A DNA stretch of 64,000 nucleotides, from positions 21,886,001-21,950,000 of the forward strand of contig OZ024755.1 in assembly GCA_964016885.1 (NCBI GenBank). The letters are read 5' to 3'. Both the position numbers and the translations under genes were made by a program. A model generated the notes under the pieces. That model had not been told where the DNA came from. It made no database searches and saw only the letters and a list, made by a program, of their open reading frames with translations. How positions within the stretch are numbered: position 1 is the stretch's first letter; every line of letters starts with the position of its first letter. This document shows, one piece after another, positions 25,405 through 38,283 of this stretch. Source of the DNA: Eledone cirrhosa (taxonomy: Eukaryota).

Positions 25405-27726
25405 TTACAATAGCTTAGTCCTTTAATTTATATTTTAAGTAATCATCTCCAAGAAAACAAAATACATTTGGCAATGAAGATAGTTCCAACCTATTTTCCA
25501 TATTTTAAGTATTTCCCCCCCACAAACATGGGGTAGGCAAATGTATATTATTACTTTAATTTAGATGCAAACTAGCTAGTGTGTTGGAGTAGTACATCCT
25601 TAATGCAGATCTTGTTGCATTCAAACTACACTTGGGTTGATTTTATCCTTCAATGTAATCAATAAAATAAGATGTGCTGTGTTGGTACAGTCATGCCTCT
25701 GCTTATCAAATCATATATTACTTTGGGAGCTGGTTTGTCTCTTATCATTGCTTAATCATGTAGGGGTCACCATATAAACAGCAAAATCAAACATTTGTGT
25801 GAGTTCATATGTAATTTCCTCATTTGATATTTGTATACAACGTTATATACATAATGAAATATACACATGCATATACATTTTATGTATAGTAGGACAGTTA
25901 TTTCCAAGTGGAAATCTACAGCATGTGTTTCTTTGGAGAGATTTAACTTGTAACCTTTTCAATATTGAAATTAGAATGGGCATCCAGCCATAATAAACCA
26001 AGCCCAAAACAGAACATATGACCTGCCTAGCCTTATAATATGGCAGCATTTTTAATTCATGCAAGCATGGAAAATAGATGTTGATAATTTACTGAACTTG
26101 GCACAGTTTATATAGAAAGGAATGCTGACATGAATAATTGTCATTTCTCTCAGCACTGTTATTTATGATAGTCAATTAAAAAAAATTATGAAATTGAAAC
26201 CAAAGTATTTAAGGATATTCACCATTTAAACATTTTTTTTTTAATTTCATACAAACACTAGTTGAACTTCTATTGCTTGATTATCTTTCTTCATCTCATC
26301 TAATGTCATCTCTTTTCTTTTCATACTTATTGTACTCTGAGTATAGCACTTATATCTCTCTTCTTCAGTTTCCTTCACTGACATAAAACATATTCCCAGC
26401 CCTTATCCATAATTAAATATTCATCAGTAGGTATGGTATTCAGCTTTAAATGATTGCTCCATCAAAAAACATCATGCCCATATAAGCCTGGGTTTTTTTT
26501 TGTAATTCTTGAATTTGAAATAACCTTTGAGAATTAAACATGAAATAAAATCTTGTATATTAAACAAAATGAACAGTATATAAGCAACTAATAGTAGCTG
26601 AGATAATAGAGCAAATAAAATTTACAACAAATTGGTGCCTACACTTTTCAAAGTTGATGGCTATCTTCTAGTTAATATATATTAAAATGTACTTTGAATA
26701 ACCCATATGAAATTACAAGCTCATTATATTTAACCCAAGTATCATTGACAATCATAACAATCATCATTGTCATCATCATAAGTTTTTCCATGCTGGCATC
26801 AAATTTTCAACTATAAAAATGAATTTTTGTATATTTTATTTAGAGGAAAACAAGGTATGGAGCCTTCATTTATTGTTAGACAGAATTAGATTAATATGTG
26901 TTTGTGAGCAGTTAATTTGGAATTAACGTACCATTTTCTCATTTGAAATCAAACTCAATCTATTAAATAAAACTTACTAAAACCTAGAAAAACTACAGGT
27001 GTTGTATTAATAATATTTACTTTTCTAATTAATCAATTAGTTAAAAAGTTATTTATTTTCTGCCAGGGGCCTCAAACATATATGTGAACAAAATCAAAAC
27101 AGGCATGTTGGGTGAGAGTGGAGCATAAATCTAAATAGTGTAGCATAAGTACTAACAGTTACCGCAAATATATTGGAATAAAGTTAAAGTTTTATAACAT
27201 AGTTTATGTATTGCCTGAATACTATGTTCCTGTTTTTTTTTTAACTTTACCATTTAAATGTAGCTTTATATTTTTTAGCTAAACAATTGGATTTAATTTT
27301 GAATTTTTACTTCACGTAAACATCTCTTTCAGATCTAGTTTATAAATAAATCTGGCATTATTATTAAGAATTAAATGTAAGGAATATTTTAAAATGAACA
27401 TTAGATTGCTTTTAATTAAAGATAATTTAAGATGCAAGATGAAAGAAAACGATTGATATTTTGGTAGATTTTCTTTTTAACATGGTAAATTTTAAAATAT
27501 ATATTTTAAACACTGTTAGTAATATTTCTGGAAGTAAATTTAAATGTTATAGCTGAAGTGTAAAATACTTGGATATATATTTTCCCTGTAAATAAATACT
27601 GTCGAAGATGTACATTGACACAAAATTAGGAAATTATTAATGTAATGTTATTCATGATATAAAATTACTTCAATTCACATAGTATATATTGTCTGTTAGG
27701 ATTTAGTATTATTATATAACTATAGT

Positions 27727-28155
27727 GGTGGATTGGCTGTATCGGTAGAGGGTCGGACGCCATGCTTTTCAGCATAGAATTACGGCCCTTTATGGTCTGA
27801 GTTCAAATCCCGCCGAGGTGAACTTTGCTTTTCATCCTTATGGGGTCGATAAAATAAAGTACCAGTAATGCACTGGGATAATTGCTGGCCTTGTGCCAAA
27901 AGTAGAAATAATTATTTAACTATAGTGGTTATAGAATAATAAAAGGTTGATAGAATAAAACTATCAGTAGAGGGTTAGACAACATGCTTCGCAGCATATA
28001 TTTACTTTGCTTTACATTCTGATTTTAAATCCCACCAAAGTTAACTTCACCTTGCAGGGGTCGATAAAATAAAGTTCCAGTAATGCACTGGGGTCGAATT
28101 GACTTTCCCCTACCCCCAAATTGCTGGCCTTGTTTCTAAATCAGAAACCATTATT
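27727..28155 (+). mobile_element. Two tandem SINE copies (young short form plus older long form)
   Basis: Two cores; TAACTATAGT repeated at the junctions. Confidence 0.85.
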
Positions 28156-29498
28156 ATATAACTATAGTATTAGTTAATGTAAAACAATACAAAATATGAC
28201 AAATTATTTAAATGAGCAGTTATAACTATTACTCCTAAAACGTTCTTTATTTTCTGCTGTTTTCTTTAGTAATTTCATTTACTAATCTACTAATATATTT
28301 TATGTCAGTTTATCATTGATAATATTTAATCTTATTTCACCTGTCTCACTTTTTCCTCTTCTTTTATTCTTCAGTAACATTTTCCATTCTGGTTAAGTTA
28401 TTTCAATGCTTCTCTTATTTATAATAAAAAAATAAAAGTTTGTCAATTTTTGTTATACATGTTATATAACCATTTCATTTTATTTTATACTATAAGAATC
28501 TATATCAAAATATATTTATTTAATTATGGATTTTGTTATTTGAATTATTATTTTCAATGTTAGTATGAAATTTTAAATTGTTTCCATGGTTCTATGATTT
28601 CATGGTCAGAGAAGTTTGGTTTTATTTTAATCTAAAATAATAAGTAAAATTGGTTTAGGACAATTGTGTCAGGTATTTATTTAAACAGACTTTGATCTTT
28701 ATATTGTATTTTTTTAAACCTATTTCATTTAGTATATATTTATGAATGGAGTAATGAAGCTTCTTTCTAATTAAATGGAATCTGGTTAATTGTTTAAATC
28801 TAGAATATCTGCTGAATAAATGGTTGCTTTATATGTTGTGCCTATCGTAAATGTTGTGTCAGTCGACTTTGTAAAGTTTTGCTTATATATCTTATCCACT
28901 GCCATCTATTATTTTGAAGAATGATCTATCTGATCATATGCAGTTAAGAAATAAAAGAAATTTTAATAACTGATAAAACCCATAAATGTTCTTATTGGAC
29001 TGACTTTGGTGGAATGAAACTAGACCGCTAGTATAAGGCTGTCTGGAGAGACCCACCAAGGGTATAAATCTTATGTTTACGTATTTTTGTTTTGTTTAAA
29101 TTACAAATAAATTGTCTCAAAATGCTAAATATAAATTTGAAATTTGAAATTGTTTATAAATATATAAATTGAAAAAAAAATATCAATTTTAAATTACACT
29201 CTACATTTGTGATTTTACATATGAGAATGTACAAATATTTCTAAATATAATGGCTTTTAGTTTAAAGCTATTGAGGTGATTTTCAGACATTTTTTGCATG
29301 ATTTTTTTCATTTTATATGTATATTTTATAATATCTAATAATACATATGTTCTAATCTATAAATTCACATTTTCCACTGTTCTTTGAAATATGAAACAAA
29401 ATATAGAATTCTGATCTTCTAATTCCATGTTTCACTTTTCATGGCCCTCTTAATGTTTTGAAGGTTTGATTTTATACTGTTATGCTTTTGTAATTCAG

Positions 29499-29549
29499 GC
29501 TGTAAAAGAAGTTATCCTGCTGATAGCGATGGTGATGATGATCCCTATT
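29499..29549 (+). CDS. NIPBL: NIPBL small exon, 51 nt (CKRSYPADSDGDDDPY)
   Basis: taattcag acceptor, GTAAGT donor, phase 1 to 1. Confidence 0.7.
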
Positions 29550-29759
29550 GTAAGTATTCTCTGATTATTTATTACTATTTCCTAGATTGTGATATTGTTA
29601 TATAAATGCTTGGTTTTTATATAAAATTGATAAGTCTGGTGAAACATGGGAAAAGGATACCAACTGGTCTGAGCATATTGTATCCACAATAACTGGCAAT
29701 GAAAAAGCAGTGGGAAACTAAACAAGAACAACCTTCCATCTCCTACAACTTATGATAAG

Positions 29760-30850
29760 CTGAAATTCAGATACAAATTGTTGTCCTTAACTGCTCGTAG
29801 TTTATGCAGCAAGATCCATCTTTTTGATTCTTACAACCTCGATTTCATTACAGTCACAGAAACATGAGCACCTTCTTTTATTCTGTGCTGGTGTTTTTAG
29901 CATAGCTGGTTACAACTTGTTTCACAAAGACCGCATTAATCGTTATGGTGGTGGTTCATTCAAACTTTTCAGCAATTCCTTGCAATGATTTGAACCAATC
30001 ACAACAAGAAGTATTTTTCTGCAATATACATATGACCATGTCAACACTTTTACTTGGAATTGTTTACCGCTCCCCCAAATTACCATCATGACACGCAACT
30101 TTTTGATATCTTCAGAGCTGCTGCCAGGAAAACAGCCACTTATATTTTCATTGCAGGCGACTTCAATCACCCTGAGATTGATTGGGAAACCTTTTGTTGG
30201 CCACAGCATGCAAATGATTTCCTTGAGCTAGTGCTGGATTCAAACTAGTCCCAAGTAGTCACCTCCCCCACAAGAGGTGACAACACTTTGGATCTGCTCT
30301 TTACCACTACTCCTGAAATAGTTATTAATGTCACTACTGAGGAAACTTTAGGTGACACTCATCATGCTATGTTTATTGCCAATCTGTCTCCTATGAGCAG
30401 TAACAAAAACTACAACCATCTTCAAACTGCTCACTTTGATTGGAATAAAGCAGACTGGAATTCTTACTGCACTGAACTACAATGCTCAAACTGGCTTAAA
30501 TTTTATGACTCTGGAGATGTGAATACTATACTTCAGAACATCTTAAATTCAATATGGACAGCATGTGCAGCACCAGTACCATGTAAGCACAAAAGACATC
30601 CCAAAAGTGCAATTTGGGAGACTGAAGCAGTCTGACTTGCCAGGAAAGAATGTGTTACTGAACAGGAATGTAGACTACATAAATCAGAGGTTAATAGAAA
30701 AAAGTACAATAGATCATCCAACCATCTCCAGCAGGCAGCAAAAAAGGCAGTGCTTGAATTTGAACAGCATATAACAACCAACCCTGGAAATATGTACGTT
30801 CAAAGCTGAGACCTCACTCTCCAGTTGGTCCTCTTCGCAATCCCCATACT
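29760..30850 (+). pseudogene. Decayed CR1/L2-group LINE endonuclease region
   Basis: Motifs ITVTET, IFIAGDFNHPEIDW, PTRGDNTLDLLFTT, WNKADW with stops and frameshifts. Confidence 0.8.
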
Positions 30851-31990
30851 ATTCTTATCCTACCATGTACAATCATCATCCACATATAAAAATGTTAAAT
30901 ACCTTGTGGTATTTACTTTCTAGGTTGCATAACTTTTATGTTTAGATTTGTCATCTCCGCATAATTGGTAATATAAATAATTAACAAGTCATGTAAATAA
31001 GTTGATTCAATTAGCTACTCAATTCTCCTGAAATTTGGTTCTTTTGTGCTAAATTGTGAAATCAGTATGTGACCTCCACAATGACTTTGTTCTCTTTTGT
31101 GCCTCTTCTTCCTGGTCTTGTCGTGTCCACAAGAATGTTACAAAGCTTGGCTAGATGTGGTTCTGCCACAGCTGAACACATTGCTGTCCTTTCTCATTAA
31201 ACTCTGCCAAGTCTAGTGCTGTGCAGAGGTTTTCCAGCAGGGTGCTGATATGCCCCAAGTTAAACCATCTTGTCTTTTTTTGTGGTAAAAGACAAGATGG
31301 CATAACAGATTAAGACATGAAAGAAGGGGAGACAGAAGAGAACAAATAGTCATTGTGAAATCAATATTTAGCATTTATTTTTAAATTACATAAGAATAAT
31401 TAAATGTTTTTTTTTCAAATAAGAAAACTGAAAATATTGTGAACTTTAGGAATATTAGTAACATTTAGGTGAGGTCTCTCACCAGCCGTGGAGGTCCTGA
31501 AAATAGTCATTGACACTGCTCTTCCCTTCCAGACTTTAAAAATATAAAAGTCTTGTTTTAAAACTGCTGATGATTCATAGTAAAAATACCAATAGTCAGT
31601 AGAAATGTAATTTATAAGTTTTGAAAATAGCGAAATTTATAATAAATCTTTGTCTTGGTGAAGAAAGGTTTATTTTCTTTGCTAAGATAGTTTGAGTAAT
31701 TCTTTTTAGTATTTAAATTAATTTATTCCTTAGGGCAATTATTTGAGTCAACTTTTCATGAAATTTATAGTTATAAATGACAACTGTTCTATTGTTGAAA
31801 GGACACCCAGCTGTATAAATCATACCCAAATATGGAATGTATGAGCAAGATGTGGGTATTTGACCATATCTTGTCATAGTCCATGACAACTTGTCCAACC
31901 CATTCCAGAATGGAAGATGGATGTAAAATGATGATGATGCTGGTGGTGGTTATTGAATTAAATTGATGATTTTGTAATATTTGATTTCAG

Positions 31991-32149
31991 CTCAAAAGAA
32001 AAGAAGAAAGAGAAATAAAAGACTTCATCATCAGAGGGCACTGTCAATAGATGAACTTCTTGAAAGTCCAACTTTTAAAAAATTTGCAACATCAATTGAG
32101 TATGTGTTTGATTCTGCTGAAGACATAGATCTTGGATCTTTGGATCCAG
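31991..32149 (+). CDS. NIPBL: NIPBL exon with basic NLS (QKKRRKRNKR) and start of conserved domain (LLESPTFKKFATSIE)
   Basis: Resembles human MMDSSTFKRFTASIE; GT-AG, phase 1 to 1. Confidence 0.93.
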
Positions 32150-32504
32150 GTAAGTAATTTTACTGGTCTTCTCACCCATCTTCCTGTAATGTACTCTCCT
32201 ATAGATTTAGATTTTGAATCCAGGCAAGTAATTTTACTGGCCTTGTTGCCCCTCTTGGTGTAATGTACTCTTCTATAGATTTAGATTTTGTATCTTTGGA
32301 TACAGACAAGTAATTTAACTGGTCTTGTCATCCCTCTTGGTGTAATGTACTTTCCTATAGATATAGATTTTGAACATAAAATGTAACCATGTGGCAGTTA
32401 AAAATCTATCTAGCAATGATATATTTTAAAAAAAAAATTCTTTTTGTTACTAGTTGTATTGTATTTAACATTAATTAATATATTTGTTTGTTTTCTTTGA
32501 TTAG

Positions 32505-32611
32505 ATGATGATGATGTTGAATGTCCACCTGAGTCATTAATTTCTAGGCAAGTTATGGCTGAAATTTGTAGTGAAGCAGCAAAGTTGAAATCCATGGGAG
32601 TATTCAATCAG
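32505..32611 (+). CDS. NIPBL: NIPBL exon (DDDVECPPESLI...EAAKLKSMGVFNQ)
   Basis: Resembles ESAKIKAMG; GT-AG, phase 1 to 0. Confidence 0.93.
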
Positions 32612-32894
32612 GTAAATATTAGCATTCTTTCAGTAGCATTCAAGGTTATTTTCATATAGATGTATGATTAATAAATATAAACATTTGTATCAACAAAGTG
32701 GTTGGTGATAAGAAGGGCACCCAGCAGTAGAAAGCTTGCCGAATAAAGGGTTAGGAGGACCCTTCAGTTTTGTCTCCTTTAGTTCCAATGATATTGGAAT
32801 TAGTTTATAGTTTTTAACCTTCCTGAGGTAAATAAGTAACTGTTGTATATATTGGCTGTTGCTACTTGTCTCAACCTGCAAAACTTGGTCATGT

Positions 32895-33260
32895 ACTTAC
32901 TTAGCCTGAGAAGCTCCTGCATCTTGAGATACATGAGGCAGCCAAAGTGTTCCAATGACCAAGGTCAGTTACATATATCAATACATCATTCCAATGTTTG
33001 TTGATGGGTCCTTGCTGATTCGTCTTGGGACGTCCTCTACGCCTCTTTCCATGGGGGCACCAATAAATGACCTGATTAGTATGTCTCTCACTTGGAAGTT
33101 GTGTGACATGTCCCAACCATCTAAGTCAACGCCTGCACATGATGTTAGACACGTTGTTGGTGGGTTTGTTGACGGACTTCTTTGTTGGTGATGAAGTCAT
33201 CACACCAGATGCTAAGGATTTTGCGTTGGCATTTGGTGTCAAAAGCATCTAATGTGCTTA
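32895..33260 (-). mobile_element. Old RTE-type LINE C-terminal fragment (different family)
   Basis: GHV...W.PHGKRRRGRPKT motif. Confidence 0.7.
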
Positions 33261-33335
33261 TTCAAAATGACATTACTATTTATTTTGCTTTTAATAAAAA
33301 TGGGCTGACTTTATTTCTTTTCACTTTTCTTCTAG

Positions 33336-33422
33336 ATTCCTGGTGACAAACTTGTGAGGTTATTGTCTATTTTACAATGGAATGTTAGAGATGGCATGAA
33401 ATTAACTCCAAATATAAACCAG
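33336..33422 (+). CDS. NIPBL: NIPBL exon (IPGDKLVRLLSILQWNVRDGMKL...)
   Basis: Resembles DKTVKVLNILEKNIQDG; phase 0 to 0. Confidence 0.92.
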
Positions 33423-33858
33423 GTATAGTTATGAAACTATTTTGTTGATTTCGTATTTTGTAACATAAATATCAGGCACCCATACCATTCTTTAATATAA
33501 CTTTCGTGTATAATAGAGGATTCATTTCTACAGTTGGTTTTCTAAATTTCCCACTGCCTAACATTTGATACTATACTATCACCAGTTTCACCCCTTGAAC
33601 TATATATTTTCCGATTGTCTTATATTTGGTACTATACTGTCATCAATTCCACCCCTTGAACTATTTAATCCTCAATGAATAAGATAGCTAAAAATGTCTA
33701 AATCAGAGAAGCAAATAGAATTTTGCCCTCTTGTATTAGTTTGGCCTGCATTTTCCCTGCCTTTCAGAGACTGTGGCATAAGTTAAACTGTGTTTATAGT
33801 TAGATATAAATATAAAGTATATGTATGTTTTAAAATGCATATTTTATTCTATTTAAAG

Positions 33859-34090
33859 GAAGAAGAAGATGACGAACAAATTTTATGGAGAGAAATTACA
33901 ATGGAGAGAATAATGAGAAGTATGGATGCTTCTTTAGCAGCTCTGTATATTATTACTGCCCCAGAAATGCCAAAACAAGTGTATTTGGAAGATGTGATAG
34001 AAAGGATAATCTTGTTTGCGAAATGGCAGCTGCAGAATACAGTCTATCCAGAGTTTGATCATGTCTATAAGATAGATCCTCATGCTAAAG
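33859..34090 (+). CDS. NIPBL: NIPBL exon (LWREITMERIMRSMDASL...MPKQVYLEDVIERII...YPEFDHVYKIDPH)
   Basis: Strong similarity to recalled NIPBL; AAG acceptor (exact start could shift by a few codons), GTAAGG donor. Confidence 0.93.
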
Positions 34091-34821
34091 GTAAGGAGTC
34101 ATTATTACAAGTTAAGAATTTTATCTGAAAATTGTGATTTTATACATTATTATATCTTTCTTAAGGCAACAAATTGGCTGAGTCATTAGAATGTTGGATA
34201 AATAATAATAATAATAATGAAATATTGTGTACAGTGCTCAGGTGCACTACAACTCATCAAAAAGTGTATGTATAGTACATAGGGTAAGAATGCTTTATAG
34301 TATTCGTTCTGGCTCTCTGCACTCTGAGGTCAACTTTGCTTTGCCTTTCATCCTTTTTAGGTCAATAAAAAAGTACCAGTCTAGTACTGGCGTTGATTAT
34401 TCCTGTCTCCTTCTCACTTTTCTCTCTCACTCTCAGTCCTTCTCTGGAAGAAATCTGCTGTTCAAATCTGGAGAGTGGTGGGCTCCACCAGGTTTTAAAA
34501 TGCCCTAGAAACACTGTATGCCATTACAGCGCCCCTATGACTCAATTAGAAGTTACAGGATGCTTTGCAGTATTTATCCTAGCTCTTTGGTTTTGGAGTT
34601 CAAATCCTATCGTTGCCCTACTTGGGTGGTAAACTTAATCTGTTGGAAGATTTTAATTTTAATAGGAACTCTTTAAAATGGGTGGTTTTGTTTCATAGAA
34701 CCAGGGTTGGTTTTGGGCTGGTTGGTATCAAAAGGGTTAGATGTTTGTATTTAAAAGAAACAAAAAAGAAAAGAAAAAAACCTTATATTTTTAATTTATA
34801 CTTTTTTAATTTTTATTTTAG

Positions 34822-34976
34822 ATGGTTATCAAGGCAGCGTGAAAGCCAAGAGATCCCGGTCACATATAGTTAAAAATAAATTAACTATCATGCTTTATAA
34901 TAAACTTTGTGAGCTCGTTGAGGCCTTAGGTGTGTTATTAAGTATCCAAGAACTTACTGACACCGTCGTCCTACAG
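34822..34976 (+). CDS. NIPBL: NIPBL exon (KAKRSR...MLYNKLCE...IQELTDTVVLQ)
   Basis: Conserved peptide; GT-AG, phase 1 to 0. Confidence 0.94.
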
Positions 34977-35329
34977 GTGAGTTAGAATCTGTCTAACCCT
35001 CCAAAAATGTGCAAATTGAATATATTTGATAATCTTACCTCAAAGAAATGCCTTCATTTAACATTTGGTTTTGAAAGAAAATTGTTGATATAGTGTTTCT
35101 GGAATTATGTAATGATATATGTTTGTTTCTCTAAATATAAATTAATCATTTCTGAAATGAATTTCAATAAACATTGGAAAAAATTTTAAGTATGTTATTT
35201 TAGATACATGAAAAGTTAAGGGCAGGCATGTCTTTTTTTTCTGTAAAACATGTAAAAATGAATGTTAAAACAATGATGTTGATGTTTTTCTCAAGTCTAA
35301 TTTATCTGCACTTAAAATTTTTTTTCCAG

Positions 35330-35410
35330 GTTTCTACGTTAGGCGTGTCGCCTTTTTTTGTGGAAAATATAAGTGAAATGCAATTAAATGCCATGAAGTT
35401 GGTCACTGTT
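35330..35410 (+). CDS. NIPBL: NIPBL exon (VSTLGVSPFFVENISEMQLNAMKLVTV)
   Basis: Conserved PFFVEN; phase 0 to 0. Confidence 0.95.
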
Positions 35411-36020
35411 GTAAGTAATACAAAGTTTCTGATTGTATCATTATCATTATTATCACCACCACCACCACATCTATCACCACTAGCACTGCATCCACCATCA
35501 CATCTTGCACCACATCTAATGTCACCACCACATCTACCACCACCACTACAACATCTATCACCACATTCACCACCACCATAGCTACACAACAGACCATAGT
35601 TAAATCTCACACTACATAACTGCACAACAACAGACCACAGTGAAATCTCACCAAATACACTCTATAGATAACTTTTTCCTTTAAAAATTCCTTCAAATAT
35701 TCACCCCACTTTCAATATACATCAGTAAGTTCTAATCTATATTGTCTATTAGTTAAAGCCAAAGAAATGTTAATATTCATCCAAGTATGTTGCCTATACT
35801 TCTTATTCTTACAAAGATTTGAAAAGGTTTGTATGTAGGAAAAGAAATTGCCATTTGTATAGATAAAGAGTTAGATAGAAAATTTGTATTAAATGTCTTT
35901 TAACTTTATTTTTATATCTTTTTCAAAATACTACAATTATTACTTCTTATTGTTTGTTGTGTTATATGTGATGTTAGAATTTCAGTACATAAAAAGTTTG
36001 TTTTTCTTCTTCCGCCCCAG

Positions 36021-36121
36021 ATTTTTTCAAAATATGACAAACACAGGCAGCTTATTCTTGAAGATATATTTGCATCTCTTGCTCGTTTGCCATCTAGCAA
36101 ACGGAATCTTCGGAATTACAG
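36021..36121 (+). CDS. NIPBL: NIPBL exon (IFSKYDKHRQLILEDIFASLARLPSSKRNLRNYR)
   Basis: Highly conserved; phase 0 to 2. Confidence 0.96.
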
Positions 36122-36636
36122 GTCAGTTTCTTGTCTTGAATTTTTATTTTGTCATAAAATAAATTTTTTAATCATTTTGAGATACATAACATAGTTGTAC
36201 TTAAAGTATCATCATCATCATCATCATCATCATATGTCTTGTTCTTCCTACTTGTAAAGGTTGAACTACCTTTCATCATCATCGTTTTAACGCCTGCTTT
36301 CCCTGCTAACAAGAGTAGGACAGGTCTACATAGACCAAATCAATACAGAAGCAGAACCACATATCTCCCAGACAGATCAGGCATCTGTGTCTCACTTATG
36401 TATAGTCTCGCGTTCTACTGAGTGCACAGGAGAGGTTGTCATGTCTTTGACACAACTGAGGGTCCTCCTAACCCTTTGTGTACTGTGTGCATTTATCATA
36501 TAGGTCACGAAACACTAGGGAGAAATCTGATGATAGCCATTTTGTGACCATTTTCATTCTGTGAAGCATTTGTCTAGACTAGATGTTCGTTGACAGCTAA
36601 TTTCTATCTTCTTTCTTAATTTGTTCTTCTTTCCAG

Positions 36637-36781
36637 GCTAAATGCTGAGGAGTCGATACAGATGGTAACTGCCCTTGCTTTACAATTGATCCAGTGTGTT
36701 GTAAAAGTTCCAAAACCAAAAATTCCAATAAATCAGTTTATGGGGGAGGAAAAGGCTCCGGAAAAAAATTCTAAAGGAAAG
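36637..36781 (+). CDS. NIPBL: NIPBL exon (IQMVTALALQLIQCVV...)
   Basis: Highly conserved; phase 2 to 0. Confidence 0.95.
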
Positions 36782-37058
36782 GTATATGAAACATTTATCA
36801 AGTTCAACTAATTAACTAATAAAATAGATAATAGTAATTGTTTTTAATTTAAACACAAAGCCAACAATTTTGGAGTTGGGAAAGCTGATTAAACTAAATC
36901 TAGTACTAAACTGGAACTGTCTTTTTTGACTCTGGAAATATAATCTATGTTCAAGAATACATACCTCATTAAGAATGTACTTAATTTATTAATTAATATT
37001 GACAGTTAGAACTAAATAAATTTACCTTTCTGTTTATTTATTGTAAATTTTCTTTCAG

Positions 37059-37141
37059 ACTGACAATGATGTTTTAATTGTAACATCTTATGAAACTGCT
37101 ATGCGCACTGGATATAACTTTTTATCAGTTTTTTTAAAAAA
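37059..37141 (+). CDS. NIPBL: NIPBL exon (SYETAMRTGYNFLSVFLKK)
   Basis: Highly conserved; phase 0 to 2. Confidence 0.95.
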
Positions 37142-37630
37142 GTAAGTAAAACATAACTTTCTACATTCTCAGATGTAATTTTACAGTAACTGCACAAATA
37201 TTACATTTAATAGGAATTTGTAAATTCCTTTATTAACTAAATCATTACTAAATATTGTAAACATTAAAAAAATCTACTGGAACCAAGGAATTTCAATGAA
37301 TTAGAATCACACCTTTAGTAATGAGGTCACATCATTAACTAAAGGACAAATTCTTCTGAAAAAATCGTTGTAAAGGACTAATTTTTTCATCAGGAATAAT
37401 TTATTTCCTAGAGTTTAAAAAGCAAATGTTCTCCAAAGCACAAGATTCTTTATGTAAAACATTAATAAAAATGAAATTTGTTTTTTATTTATTTGAAGAA
37501 TAATTCCTTCTTAAGCAATTTGAATTTAAACTTTATTACCTATTGCTAAAGTAATTCATATTTAGGATTTCAATTTTTATGTTATCTTGTTTTTAAAAAT
37601 CTAAGGGAAATTAATAATTTTTATTTTTAG

Positions 37631-37760
37631 GTGTACTGCAAAAAGTGAAGATGATTTTCGCCCTCTTTTTGAGAATTTTGTCCAGGATTTACTTTCAACA
37701 GTGAATAAACCTGAATGGCCTGCATCAGAACTTTTGTTGAGTCTCTTAGGGCGAATACTT
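37631..37760 (+). CDS. NIPBL: NIPBL exon (FRPLFENFVQDLLSTVNKPEWPASELLLSLLGRIL)
   Basis: Signature PEWPA motif; phase 2 to 0. Confidence 0.97.
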
Positions 37761-38248
37761 GTAAGTTTTGAGTTTTTAAAGTATTACAGTTACTTTTGTT
37801 GAGTCTCTTAGGGTGAATACTTGTAAGTTGTGAGTTTTTTAAGACTTTCAATTACTTTTGTTTTGTCAACACTTGTATTCACTATTTTCCTTCAACTGGG
37901 ATTCGGGTTTAGAAATATTTATATTTTTAGAAAATGAAATTGAATTATATTTTCATATATTCTATTATATTGGTATCTACCTATCTATGGTAGGACCAAT
38001 AACATTGTTAGAATTCCATTTAGTCCAAAAGTAATAATTCAAACGAGATCAGGTGTTCTTGTTTTTGTAGTAAGCTTTCATCATATTGAATTCCGTTGAG
38101 AATTCTATTATACTAAGCATAGTATAGTAGTTTAGTAATTTATCATTAATTAGTAAGATTGACAAATGCACACATAGCTAAATTTACTGAAGTAATAATG
38201 TAAAATATGTGGATGTGTGTGATTGTGTGTGTAATTTGTAACTTATCT

Positions 38249-38283
<35 letters not shown>

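Noticed and set aside
35228-35625. Pro/His-rich and Gly/Cys-rich ORFs
   Set aside because: Read-through of an 81-nt exon into an intronic CAC-rich repeat.
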